From Diplonema japonicum (lineage: Eukaryota; Protista; Euglenozoa: Diplonemea): 64,000 bases of DNA. Below, piece by piece: positions 12,746-25,190 of this stretch. The notes below the pieces were generated by a model that had not been told where the DNA came from, did no database searches, and saw only the letters and a program-made list of their open reading frames with translations. Position numbers and translations under genes: made by a program. The DNA is taken from the NCBI GenBank assembly GCA_964019335.1, contig OZ025719.1:372001-436000 (forward strand). Reading direction: 5' to 3'. Each line of letters opens with the position of its first letter. The first letter of the stretch is position 1.

Positions 12746-12763
12746 GGAATTCTTTTTTCTTCT

Positions 12764-12797
<34 letters not shown>

Positions 12798-13817
12798 CCC
12801 TTATTCACCTAGTGCTTTTGCACAGGTTTTTTCTTTTTTTTTTTAAAATATATTGATCCCCTTTTCCCCCCACCCCATCATAGTGAAAATTTTTTTTGTA
12901 AAGATCGGGATTTTTATTCGGAACAAGGAGGTTCTTATGCAAAACAAACCCCCCCCCCCCCCTCCCTTTTGTCTTGTGTTTCTTGTTTGATTTTTTTTTG
13001 ACTTCACAGCAAATCGTAAACCGAAAATAAATAAAAAAAATCGACTTACATGCGTACCTCTTGGGCATTAAAAAAAATAAATGAAAAAAAAAAAAAAAAC
13101 CATTTTTTTAAAAAAGATATTTCCTATTGATATGCAGTAAGCTATTTTTCCTGCTTTCCTTTTTTTTTTTATCTTGCCTGACTTCCATTTTTTTTCTCTC
13201 TCACTCTCCCTACTTTCGTCTCTCTCCACGATAAAAAAAGTATCAAGAAATAGGAGGGAGACTCAAAGTTGGGGAACGGGGCAACGAAAAGCCCGCTAGT
13301 GGGGGGGGGGGGGGGGAGAAATAAATTGTATCCTGCATTATTTGTCCGAAGAAAAAGAAACGTAAATACGGGTACAATTTCTTTTAAATTTGGAATGCCT
13401 GCAACTATGTCGCAGGGAGGGGTGAGGAGAAACACTTTTTTCAAAAAAAAAAAAAAAGAAATAAACGAGGTTTGCATCTTTTGACCCCTTTCAACCTTCC
13501 CTCCATTATCTTTCTTCCCTTCCCGTCAGACCGGCACTCTTTTTTTTTTTTTTTTGTCCACCTGTATTTTTATATTAAAAAATGTAAGTAACTTTTTCGT
13601 CTTTTGAGAGGACTTCATTTCCCCCCCTCTCTCCTGTTTTTTTTTTTTTTTTAATTTTTTTATAGTTTCAAAAAAAAAAAGCCATGGGGGAAAAAAAACA
13701 ACAAAAAAGAAAATCCTCTTTTCCCTTTTTCATTCTTTTTTTTTTTAATATTTTCATTTCGCCTTTATTATATTTTTTCTTTTTTTTTTTTCTGGAAGAA
13801 AAAAAAAAAATGAAAAA

Positions 13818-13869
<52 letters not shown>

Positions 13870-13870
13870 A

Positions 13871-14791
13871 ATGTCAAACGGCAACGGGACGGTGCACGCG
13901 ACACCGGCAACACCAAGGCCGAGCACGATAGATAGAAAGGTCGACGACCCGCCGCAGGAAGATGAGTTTAAAATGAATTACGTCCAAACACAGGCCGGCG
14001 ACAGTCAGGCAGCTGCAGCAAATGGTACATTAGCAGCAAACAGCCTCCACATAGGCAATACACTAGTAGAGGCAACACCGTGCGCGGCCAAGGAAAACTG
14101 GTGCGTAGAAAACACCCCGGAAACACGAACCAAAGACAACAAGGATGCTCCTGCCAGACCCCTTCTCACCCCCACCCTGCAAGTCTCTCCCACTCTAGAT
14201 CAAACTATAGTAACCACACCACTGTCAGGTGAGATTATGGCAAGTGCCGACCCACCATCTAAGAAGCAACGGACAATGCCATCGTCTTCGTCTCCCTTAT
14301 CACAATCTGTCCCGGAAGTTGCGAAGACAGATTCTCCTGTGGTCGGATCGCCTGTAGTCATCACCACTAGCAAAGTTACAGTAGATGCGACACCGTCGCC
14401 TGTTCCCCCTGTGGCGGTGGTGGTGCCTTCACCGACTCCTTCGACTCCTGCAGGCGAGCACTGTGAAGAGAAGATCGAGGGAAAATCGCAGCCTGCGAAG
14501 TACATTGTCGGGCAAAGCGTGTTGTTCTCCAGAGGAGCCGACACCGAACCTGTTCTTGGGAAGATCCGGTCTGTGAACGGCAGCGTCGCCGTGGTGGCGT
14601 TGTTCTGCCGCATCCACAACCCTGACGATGTGGAGTACAGCTCCGACATCGCACGGTGGGCACTTTCCCATGAGCTTTACCTAACTAAGCAGACAGAGAA
14701 GGTCGCGTTAAATGCGATTATCGAGTCTGTGTCAGTTTTCAACGAGGAGGAGAAGAGAACCGTCTTTTTTTGCTCGGGTACTTTTAAATGA
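13871..14791 (+). CDS. Hypothetical protein, S/T/P-rich N-terminus, possible BAH-like C-terminal domain
   Basis: 306-aa ORF between homopolymer tracts; NLS-like PPSKKQR; C-terminal YIVGQSVLF...LGKIRSV...HELYLT...IIESVSV pattern resembles BAH domains (weak). Confidence 0.65.
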   Translation: MSNGNGTVHATPATPRPSTIDRKVDDPPQEDEFKMNYVQTQAGDSQAAAANGTLAANSLHIGNTLVEATPCAAKENWCVENTPETRTKDNKDAPARPLLTPTLQVSPTLDQTIVTTPLSGEIMASADPPSKKQRTMPSSSSPLSQSVPEVAKTDSPVVGSPVVITTSKVTVDATPSPVPPVAVVVPSPTPSTPAGEHCEEKIEGKSQPAKYIVGQSVLFSRGADTEPVLGKIRSVNGSVAVVALFCRIHNPDDVEYSSDIARWALSHELYLTKQTEKVALNAIIESVSVFNEEEKRTVFFCSGTFK

Positions 14792-15165
14792 ACTGGGAAG
14801 GAAAAAAAAAAAAATAAAGGAAAGAACAAGAAAAAAAGAAAAAAAGAATGTATGCAAAACAAAAAGTAGAAGTGGAACGGAACAGAAGTCTTATCTTATC
14901 GATTAATTGAAAAAGCCTACCCCCCTCTGTTGTATTTGTGTGCTCCATCTCTCAAAAAGAACTCCCTTTGATAGAAGGGGGAAAAAAAAAGAAAGGGAGA
15001 AAAAAGAATCCCTAATAAAAAAGAAATGTCCCCCCCCCCCCCTGTAGCTATTGTTTCCCCCTCCAAGAAAAGATCCCCCCCCCACTGTTTTATTTTTTTG
15101 CTAGAACCGGCGTGTTGTCTGAATTCTCACTTGTTTTGTTTGAATTTAAAAAAAGGAATTCACAC

Positions 15166-16518
15166 ATGGCGTCACTTACAACTGAAGAGAGGAGGGGGAT
15201 CTTCTCCCGTATGCCCACAAGGGGAGGATTCAGCTGTGACTGCGAGCACGGCCACATGGGAGAGCCTGGTGAGGTGGACAGCTGGACGCTTGAGAACAAA
15301 CCAAGGGGCTGGGAACTGTACGAACTACTGGGGAGGCCAAAGAGGATCGTGGCCCCTATGGTCGACGCAAGCGAGCTGTCCTTCCGACTCCTGTGCAAAC
15401 GGTACGGCGCAGACCTATGCTACACACCAATGGTCAACACTGCCATGTTCACTAAAGAGACGGCTCAGGTGTTCAGATTAAGAGAGTACTCCACATGCCC
15501 TGCCGACACAAACCAGATCATTCAATTCTGCGGACATGACCCTGAGCTTCTTGTCCAGGCTGGTAAGATGGTTCAAAACTCAGGATGCAAAGCCATCGAC
15601 CTCAATCTCGGCTGCCCGCAAGGCATCGCACGAAAAGGCTTCTATGGCGCGTTCTTGATGGACGACCTTCCACTGGTGAGGGAGCTCATACACACGATGG
15701 ACCAGAATTTAAGAATTCCTATCACGGCTAAGATTCGTGTTTTCCCAGACCCGCTGCACACCTTGAACTACGCAAGGATGCTGATCGACGCGGGAGCCAC
15801 AATGCTATGTGTCCACGGAAGGAAGAGAGAGCAGAAGGGCGTTGCACCTGGCGAGGCAGACTGGGACCAGATCAAAATGGTCAAAGAAGCCATCACAACA
15901 GTACCCATATTCGCAAACGGGAACATCTGGTCACATGAGGATGTCGACCTGTGCATGAAGGAGACCGGCTGCGACGCCGTCATGTCCGCTGACTCGCTTC
16001 TTTGGGAACCTCGATTGTACTCCAACCCCAAGAACTTCATACTATCCGGCAGGCACTTCAACATCACTCACATCCCTGCAAGGATCGAAGCTGTTCAGAC
16101 GGCACTCGAGTACCTCGAAATATGTAAGACACACCCCACACAGCCCAGTCATATGAAGGCGCATATCTTTAAAATCACGCACCATTCTCTTCAGGTTCAC
16201 ACGGAGGTTCGCAGAAGGATTTCGGATTTAACATCTGAAGGGGATGAAAGCCTCCTCACGAGGTACATCAAGCTCGTCAGGGAGCTGCTCCAACTGGAAG
16301 AGGCTTTGCTCACTGGGAAGGAGCCGGTTCACCCAACCAGGCAGGAGTACGCGAAGAGCATTTACCAGCTTGGCAATGTGGACATCCCACAGAGGAATGC
16401 CGTTTCGTACCTAACATCCCCCGCCGACGCCGACTCCGAGTATCGCAGGAAGAAGGATGAAAAGATGGAAGCCATGCTGGAAGATGTCCCTCTCCCCTTC
16501 GACTTGTTCGAGAGCTAG
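15166..16518 (+). CDS. DUS1: tRNA-dihydrouridine synthase (DUS1-like)
   Basis: Motifs VAPMVDASEL, IQFCG, DLNLGCPQGIA, AKIR, VHGR, ANGNI. First in-frame ATG at 15166. Confidence 0.92.
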   Translation: MASLTTEERRGIFSRMPTRGGFSCDCEHGHMGEPGEVDSWTLENKPRGWELYELLGRPKRIVAPMVDASELSFRLLCKRYGADLCYTPMVNTAMFTKETAQVFRLREYSTCPADTNQIIQFCGHDPELLVQAGKMVQNSGCKAIDLNLGCPQGIARKGFYGAFLMDDLPLVRELIHTMDQNLRIPITAKIRVFPDPLHTLNYARMLIDAGATMLCVHGRKREQKGVAPGEADWDQIKMVKEAITTVPIFANGNIWSHEDVDLCMKETGCDAVMSADSLLWEPRLYSNPKNFILSGRHFNITHIPARIEAVQTALEYLEICKTHPTQPSHMKAHIFKITHHSLQVHTEVRRRISDLTSEGDESLLTRYIKLVRELLQLEEALLTGKEPVHPTRQEYAKSIYQLGNVDIPQRNAVSYLTSPADADSEYRRKKDEKMEAMLEDVPLPFDLFES

Positions 16519-17256
16519 TAGTACCCCCTTTTACTTTCACCCCCCCCCCCCTTCCTGCCGATATCTACTATCCATGGCAGCCGGCACTTTAACTGTGCGG
16601 GGGGGGGGTACTTTTTTGTTTTGATCAGATCTGTGTCTTTATTTTTTTTTTTTCCCCGATCATTCTTTATTCTCGTCTGTCTTGCCTTCTTTAAAGAGTT
16701 TGAATTCTTTTCTTTTTTTAATTACTGTAAGGTGACAAAAAAAAAATGACAAAAAAACTCCCGGACCGCCAAAAAGAAAAAATGAAATAACTCCGGCATT
16801 TGTCAGCCCCGTGAATTTTTTTTTTTCCTAAGGATACTTTTTCTTAAAATGAACTTACCGGCGAGGAAGCAGCTGTTTGCGCAGTTCGGCTGCCCCCCAA
16901 CTATTTCATTACAATGAGCCGCAGTGGCCCGCAGCCCAGGTCAGGGTGAGTCAGGCCTCCAAACGGCCTTCAAGAAGAAATCCCGAATTGAAAATGGCTT
17001 GGCCTGACAGACTCCCGGACATGGGAAAGACACCGTCATTGTCAGTCCGAGGGAGCTTTCCACTTTTATAGTAATTTATGTTGTCTCTTCGTTTCCTGGG
17101 GGGGATAATAACAATAATAATAAAAAAAAAAGCACACATTTCTTCTTTAAGAAATCCAGGTTCACATTGTCGATTACATCGAGAATATATAAAAGAAACG
17201 GAAAAAAAAAAAAAGAAAAAAAAAAAACTGTTTGTTAAGTTTTTTTGTATTACAAT

Positions 17257-20200
17257 ATGACTGTTCTCCCAAGTGCTTGGTTACGTGTGGTTGTTACAAG
17301 AGAAAATCCGATTAAAAGAGTGATATGTTTCCCCCATTCGGGGGGTGGTGTGTCTGTGTTTAGTGGGTGGGAGGCGCTCCCTTCGGATATGGAGGTGGTG
17401 GTGATAAACATGCCAGGAAGGAACGACCGAAGCAACGAAATACCAATTGAAAACTGTGATGTTCTTGTGAGTGAAGTGTGCGGTGCACTGCGCGAGAGCG
17501 GTGCCTTGTCTCTCCCGTATGCGTTTTTCGGGCATTCGTTTGGTGCTCTCGTTGCATTTGAAGTCGCTATAACTCTGAAACCTCTCAGAACGGAACTCCA
17601 GCCCCTCCACATCTTCGCCTCGTCTGAAGAATCCCCGTACTCTCTCTCCTCCCGTGTCCTCCCTGAGCTTATGTACACAATGTCCGACTCTGATTTCTTG
17701 ACAGCTGTCAATAAATGGGGTTACCTCCCCACAGAGCTTGGTGATGATGCTTCGCTCCAAGCAGCTGTTCTCCCTTCCCTTCGTGCCGATATTGCTATGT
17801 TCGAAAAGTACCGTGGCAGCAAAGCCAAGCTCGGTAAGGAGACCACTGTGTCCGTCCTTGCTGGCAGGAACGACGCATCACTTGAACAGGAAAACCTTGT
17901 TAGCTGGGCGGAAAACGTCGCCAGCAGCAACCCCGAGGTGGTCCTTTTCGAAGGCGGTCACTTCTATTTCTCTGAATCCCCTTCCGGTCTCAACAATGCC
18001 CTTTCTCATGTTTCATCTGTGCTGTCTTCCCGCATGGCTGCCTTACCTCTCTCCATCCAAAACGGCGGCGACGCCCCCCATCTACACAACCCCAAATGCG
18101 TCTGGGAACTCTTCGAGGAACGGGTGAAATGTTCGCCCAACAGCGTCGCCATCGTCGACAACATCCGCGGCGAGCTCACTTACAGCGACACCTGGAAGCT
18201 GTGTCTTAAAATCGCTAAACAGATCGCTTCCTGCAGCAAGCGTGGCGCCACTGTGGGCATGATGCTCCCTCACAGCTCCGACTACGTCTGCGCCATGTTT
18301 GGAATATGGATCGCTGGCGGGTGCTTTCTTGTTCTCGAACGCCACCACCCACCTGAGATGCTACGCATGGTGTGCTCCACTTGCAACCCTGATGGCAGTG
18401 GAAAGCCGGACATCATCGTGACACTTACCGAGTGTCTTCCATCCTTCACAGGTATCCTTGCGGATGTTCCGAAGATCCTCCTTGACAAGGGGTGGGAGGA
18501 GCGCTGCGACTACAGCGGCTACATTGCCCAGCCCGGGAACCTCGATGACAGGGCGATCCTCATGACCACCTCGGGCACATCAGGCCTGCCCAAACTCATC
18601 GAAGGATCGCAGAGGTTTCAGCAAGTGGGCATGCTGAGCAGGACCACGCTTATGCCGTACACCGGCACACCATTGACGACGAACGCCGACAGGGAGGCCT
18701 GCTCCGTAATGTTCGTATGGGAAGCTCCCAGGAGTCTTGTCACGGGGCATATCTGCGTTGTCATCCCCGAAACTGTCATCATCGACCCCATCAAGCTGGT
18801 GGAGTTCCTCGTAGAACACAAATGCACTAGGATCCTCACCACACCGTCACTAGCGAACCACGTGTACGACTTCTTGGAATCAAACCAAGAGGTCACAGAG
18901 CAGCTGCAGAGCACTATGAAGAGGTGGTTCTTCATGGGGGAGGTTTGCACCGCTAAGCTTGTAACACAGGCACTGAGGGTCGTGCCTAAGATACAAGTGA
19001 TCAACGCTTACTCCACTTGGGAAGGCGCTGATACGACATTGCTGAAGGGGAGCACGGACTACCTGAAACCCTACAAGAAGTTCTACCCTGTTGGGGAGCT
19101 GCATGAGGGCGTCGTGGCCGTTGTTGTTGACCCTGCCACACGGAAACCTGTTCCCAGGAATGTGCCTGGCGAGCTGTTTACAACTGGGCCGCAGCTTGCG
19201 AATGGGTATTCGATGGCACCGGAGCTAACTGCTGAGCGTTACATCAACCTGGGGATCACCAGTGAGGGGCTGACGGGCAGCGAAAGGTGGTACAAGTCAG
19301 GCGACCTAGCAGTGATGTTCAACGACGGGAAGATCGAACTCCATGGAAGGATCGACTCTACAGTAAAGATTAGGGGGTTCAAAGTGGGCCTGCCATTCGT
19401 GGAGGGCATCCTTCTTGACACACCAGACGTCGCTGTTGCTGTAGTGGTGCCCACCTTCGACAAGGAGTCAAACCAACCTGACGCGCTTGCTGCGCTCATT
19501 TCCTCTGCGGGAGACTTGAGCTTTAATGAGCTTGTGGCATCCATCAAGAAAGATATTATCACCAAGATGCCTAAGTGGGCGGCGCCAACCTTCTACCTGC
19601 GCATCGAGGACATCATTGAAGGCGAGCTGAGGCAGGGCGGTGAGAGCAAGAAGATCAACCGACGCGCCATACCGAAGCTCTTCACCAAGGAGCTAAAGGA
19701 CCGCTTCAGGGTGAAATCTTCAACACCCAAGGTTGTGAGGGAGGGCGTTGAGGGTGTTATTTATAACATATGGATCGAGGTGCTGGACCTAGACCACTCC
19801 TTCGACCCTAACGACAACTTCTTTGAGCTAGGCGGGCACTCCTTGTTGGCTTCAACAATGACGCAGAAGCTCAGCGAAGCTACTCACGTCGACATCAGCG
19901 TCCTTGACCTCTACGAGAACAGTACCTTTCACACTCTTGTAAAGTTTGTGATGTCTAGTTCCAGCCCCTTGACACTGCAGCCTACGCGAAAGAAGCCCAA
20001 AGCTAGCGGTTCCATCGCCATTGTTGGGATGTCGGGTAGGTTCCCTGGTGCCAAAAACATTTACCAGTTCTGGGACAACCTCAAAGCGGGCGCCGTGACT
20101 CCCACCTATCACACAGCTGAGTACCTCGCGAGCAAAGGCGTCGACCCCGAGGTCATCAACCACCCAGACTTCGTGCGCGTGGCGTACAAGGTCGATGAAG

Positions 20201-23200
20201 CTGATAAGTTCGACGCAAGATTCTTCGGCATCGGCCGCACGGAGGCTGCCACCATGGACCCCCAGCACCGTGTGTTCATCGAGTGTGCTTGGAACGCAAT
20301 CGAGCACGCGGGCTACGCGCCCAAGACAGGTTTCGAGACGGAAAACACCCGAGTGGGCGTCTTCGGAGCTGCAGGCATAGACGGGTACCTTGTGCACCAC
20401 CTTAACGGCGGAGCGCTCAGGACGCCTTTGGAGCCGGGCAACCTCTTCATGACCGAGGTGGCATCGGAGAAGGATTACATCGCCACGAGGGTCTCGTATC
20501 TGCTAAACTTGCGGGGGCCTTCCATGAACGTCAACTCCGCGTGCAGTTCTGCACTGGTAGCAGTGAGCCAAGCCTGCACCTCCATCGTCATGGGCGAGTG
20601 CGACATGGCAGTGGCAGGGGCTGCATCCCTGAACTTCCCCAACATCGGGTTCTTGTATCAAGACGGGCTGGTGTTCTCAAAGGATGGTCTAGTCAAACCA
20701 CTGGACGAGTCTGCAGACGGCACAGCATTCGGGGACTCTGTCGGTGCTGTTGTTCTGAAGAGGCTGGAGGATGCAGAGGCCGACGGTGACGACATCTGGG
20801 GTGTCATCAAAGGCTTCGGTGTCTCGAACGACGGCAATGTCAAAGCAGGGTACTCAGCACCAGCTGCAGCGGGGCAGGCAGACTGCATCTCCAAAGCCAT
20901 GGCCATGAACGACACAAAACCAGAGGACATTAGCTATGTAGAGATGCACGCAACGGGCACCCTTGTAGGCGATGGGATTGAAGCGAAGGGTCTTGCTAAA
21001 GCGTGGAAAACGCAGGGGCTTGCACAGAGCGATGATAAATGGTGCGCTGTTGGCAGTGTGAAGGGGAACATCGGGCATGCAAACTGCGCGGCAGGTATCA
21101 CAGGTCTGATCAAAACTGTGATGATGTTGAAGCATCAGGAGCTTGTCCCTGTAGCTAACTACACAAAACTGAATGAGAAAGTACTGTTAGACGGGACCCC
21201 CTTCTACGTCAATGACAAAGCAAGGCACTGGGAGGCTCCGAAGAACGGCGTCCGTACTGCGGGAGTCTCGTCCTTCGGAATCGGGGGAACCAACGCGCAC
21301 GTCATCGTTGGAGAGTATTCCAAAAAGGTAGACAAGACGCCTCCTTCCGCTGCCTACGTCACCTTGCAGTTCTCTGCTAAGTCTCAAGACAGCTTAAGTG
21401 GAACCATCGCCGACTTCAGTGCCTACATCACCTCAGACCTCTGCACAGAATCCCTGGTGGACGTAGCACACACCCTGCGTACTGGCCGAGAGCAGTTCAT
21501 GGTGCGCTCCACAGTGACCGTCAAGGCAAATGCAACCAAAGCAGAGCTCAAACAAGCTCTCCAGTCCGCGGCACCTGTTAAAGCTGTACGCAAACCCATA
21601 CTTGCTTTCCTCTGCCCTGGTCAGGGATCGCAATACCTAGGGATGGCCAAAGGCCTCTGCGCCTTGCCTACTTTTAAAAAACACTTCGATGACTGCTGCG
21701 AGCGTCTGACGCCGCTAATTGGTAGGGACCTCAGGAGCGCACTGTTCAACGAAGATGACATGGAGGCCTTTAAGAACCCCGCTGTGCTACAGCCCAGTCT
21801 GTTCACAGTCGAGTACTGTGTCGCGAAGCTGCTCATGTCAGCAGGCGTGACTCCCAGTGCACTGGCCGGGCACTCTATTGGTGAGTATGTGGCTGCAGTT
21901 CTTGGGAACCACATCTCTTTGGACAGCGCCCTGAGGATCGTAGCAACACGTGCGACAGCAACGTCTGCTGATGTGCAGGAAGGGGCCATGCTGTCGGTGG
22001 GTATGGATGAAGAAGTCGTGCGTGCTGCCATCAAGGAATCTGTAGGGGCTGAGGGCCTGTGGTTGGCTGCTGTGAACTCTCCCATTCATGCTGTGGTGTC
22101 TGGCACCTTAGAGGCAGTAGCCGCACTGGAGATTGAAATGCGGGCTAAAGGAGTGAAAGTGACCAAACTGCACGTGAACAGGGCTTTCCACAGCGAGCTA
22201 ATGAAGCCTGCTGGTGACAAGCTCCTTGCAATGACGTTTGAAGAGCCTGAGGGAGACCGCATCCCCATGACATCCAACGTGACAGGTGGCTGGGCTGATG
22301 ATACAGTCAGGACAGGCGTCTACTGGAAGAGGCACATGGAGGACACAGTCATGTGGAAAGGGTGCGCAAAGACGCTAATCCAGAAAGCGCAGCCGCAGGT
22401 TTGCGTGGAAGTTGGTCCTGGAGGCACCCTCAGCATCCTTGGAAACAAATGCTGCGAGCAGGGAATGGCAAAGCCCACTTTTGAGCAGAGTATGCGCCAT
22501 GCCACAGCGACTGATGCTGATGATGTGCAGGTGATTGCGTCTCTGCTTGGCAAGCTCTGGTGCAGCGGTGTGGCTGTTGACTGGGCTGCTTGGAACAAGG
22601 AGCTAGACGTCCCTAAGGGGAAGAGGGTGTCAGTGCCAGGGTATCACTTTGAGAGGACATCTTTCTGGGTGAATCCGAAAGCAAGTACGTACGTCGACGA
22701 GGACGAGGCATCTGCACCTGCTCCTGCACCTGTTAAGGTTGTGGAGGCGAACGAGAATATCCTTGTTAGGTTTGGTAAAGCTAATGAAACGCCTGCGCTG
22801 AGGATGTACTGCCTGCCGTTCGCAGGGGGGTCCAGCAGGGCTTTCGAAAGGTGGCAGTTTGCCCATGTTGATGTTGTTGCAGTTGAGCTACGTGGCAGAG
22901 GCGGGAGGATAGGAGAGAAGCACCTCGAAACAGACGCAGACGATGCCAAACAAGTGGAGGAGATTGTGACCGCTATCGAGGCTGACAGCACAGACACACC
23001 ATTCGTATTAGTCGGGATGTCCATGGGTGGGCTTATAGCATGTGAGGTGGCTATGAGGCTCAAGGAGATGGTATGCATACCAATATTAAGATATTAACAC
23101 GCACAATAGTTTCCTAAACTGCTCCTTGGAGTTGCGATAGCTGGCCGCGCGCCTGTGCGCGAGACGGCACTCATCCCTGAGCTGGAGCTCACTGACGACA

Positions 23201-25190
23201 CTCTGAGCAAGTACTCCCTAGCGCCGGAAGAGCTTCAGCAGAGCGAGGCATGGACGAGTTATCTGCTTCCGATGCTTAAGAGCGACCTGCTCAGCGACAC
23301 CAGGACAGAGAAAAGGCTCTCGCGACTGCAGAAGCCATTCCTTCCTGAGCTGGGCATGACAGTGCTCTGCGGCACGGAGGACCCCATCTTCAAGTGGGAC
23401 GATGCTGACGAGTGGCGCGATGCCGTCGCTGGTGATGAGGTTCGTGTGGGGTTCATGCCTGGCGGGCATGACTTCCTCACAAACCACGGGAAGCGGATTG
23501 CAGAAGCTGTTTCCAAAGATGCCCTCAACTGGCTCATACAGTTGAAGACACGCGAGCTTACGGCCATCACATCCCTCAAGGAAACCATCACCGTCCCCAC
23601 CGTCACCCCTGCGCCTCTCTACTCTATCGAATGGCGACAGGCTACAATCGGGGAAACCAAAGATGTTGCAGCAGTTGCTTACAACGTGATGGAGCTGCCT
23701 AAGCCGACGGACGTTCTAGAAGCCATTCAAGAACAGGCCTTTGTTGTGTACTTGGACAGTGCTGCCACACATGAGGATGCAACGGCCAGTGGGTGGCTGT
23801 TGGTGAAATGGTTGAAAGAGCTGAATCAAGCTGGTGTTGGCAAGGGGGGTGTCATCACCCTGGTGCTACCAAAGAGCAGCAACAGCGGCTTCATGGCAGG
23901 TGCCTCGAAGGCTGTTCCTTTCGAGATCCCTGAGCTGCGCCTGCGTCGTGCTTACACATCACAGGACACCACTCGTCCCTCCACCCATGCACTCTGCCTG
24001 AGGTCCCTGTCAGCTGTTGCCGACGATGATCTGGATTTGGATGCCAAAAAGGCACCAAAACTGGTGAAGAGTGTTGCTCTGTCACAGCTGAAGAAGGCTG
24101 TCCCAGATACAGGGCATGCCTTCGTCGTGACCGGGTGGACAGGCGGCTTGGGCAACGAGGCGCTCTCGTGGATGGTGAAGAAAGGTGGTGTCAAGCCTGA
24201 GCATGTGGTGTTGATGTCAAGGCGGCAGGTCGAGGCGCCCTTCGCGGGCATGAAGGTTGTGGTGTGCAGCGATCTTGGGAACACAGAGGAGGTGAGACGG
24301 GGACTGGCATCGTGTGCCGACGTGCTGCGGATGCCTGTCGGGATCCTGCATCTTGCAGGGGCGCTCGATGACGCCATGATCTCCAACCAGACAGAGGCAA
24401 AGTATGCAACTGCGATAGGCCCCAAGGTGGGTGTGCTGCGCAGTGTGTACAGGGCACTCGAGAGGCCTCCGCAGTGGGTGCTGGCTTTCTCGTCGACATC
24501 TTCACTATTCGGATATCCAGGACAGGCGAACTACTGTGCTGCGAATGGGTACGTAGATGCACTGACGCAGTGGGGCGGGGAGTTTGCATGCAAGGTGACA
24601 GCGATCTCGTGGGGCCCGTGGGGGGAGGTAGGCATGGCGAAGAAAGGAACGAAGGCCCACACCCTAGCACTGAAGGATGGCGACACACCATTGGCAACGC
24701 TGCCTGCCCTGTGCTGCCTGGGACATGTCATGGCGAAGCTAGTACGCGGTGAGGAGACAGCTGCACAGTATGCTGTGTGCGACGTGGATTGGAATAAGTC
24801 CCCGTGGCAAGACCTCCCTTGCCTGAGTGCTTTCAAGCGAGCACCATCAAGTACCCCCGTTGGGCAGGACGCTGCTGCCGCTGATGAGTCCTTCGCTGCA
24901 CAGCTCAGAACATGGCTGCTGCATGAAGTTGACAGAACATCGTGGGACGCAGTGATGGATGAGGTACGGGAGGGGGGAAAAAAAACCCCCAAACACACAT
25001 CAGGACATGGCCTCTCTCGGCCTCGACTCCCTCGACACCGTGCAGCTGCGCAACGCGTTCAACAAGAGGTTTAAGGTATGATTTTTGAAGAGGGAAAAAA
25101 AAAAAAAAAAAACAGAAAATCGCACCGCTGTCACTGTTCTCAAAGCCAAACTTGACTATGAGATCCCTTCACACTTCTTTAACAGAGTAG
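17257..25190 (+). CDS. Hybrid NRPS-PKS, BurA-like: TE-A-PCP-KS-AT-TE-KR-ACP (~2604 aa)
   Basis: Exons 17257-23070, 23110-24963, 25004-25075, 25116-25190; introns of 39, 40 and 40 nt, all GT-AG and frame-restoring. TE1 CFPHSGGG/GHSFG/GGHFY; A TTSGTSGLPK, WYKSGDL, GRIDSTVKIRG; PCP FFELGGHSL; KS NSACSSAL, HATGT, NIGH; AT GQGSQ, GHSIG, RAFHS; TE2 CLPFAGGS/GMSMG/GGHDF; KR TGWTGGLG, HLAGALDD, YCAAN; ACP LGLDSL. Confidence 0.93.

Noticed and set aside
23097-23155. Two separate PKS genes, or stop-codon readthrough, at the ORF break
   Set aside because: A canonical 39-nt GTATGC...ATAG intron removes the stop and restores the TE domain in frame.
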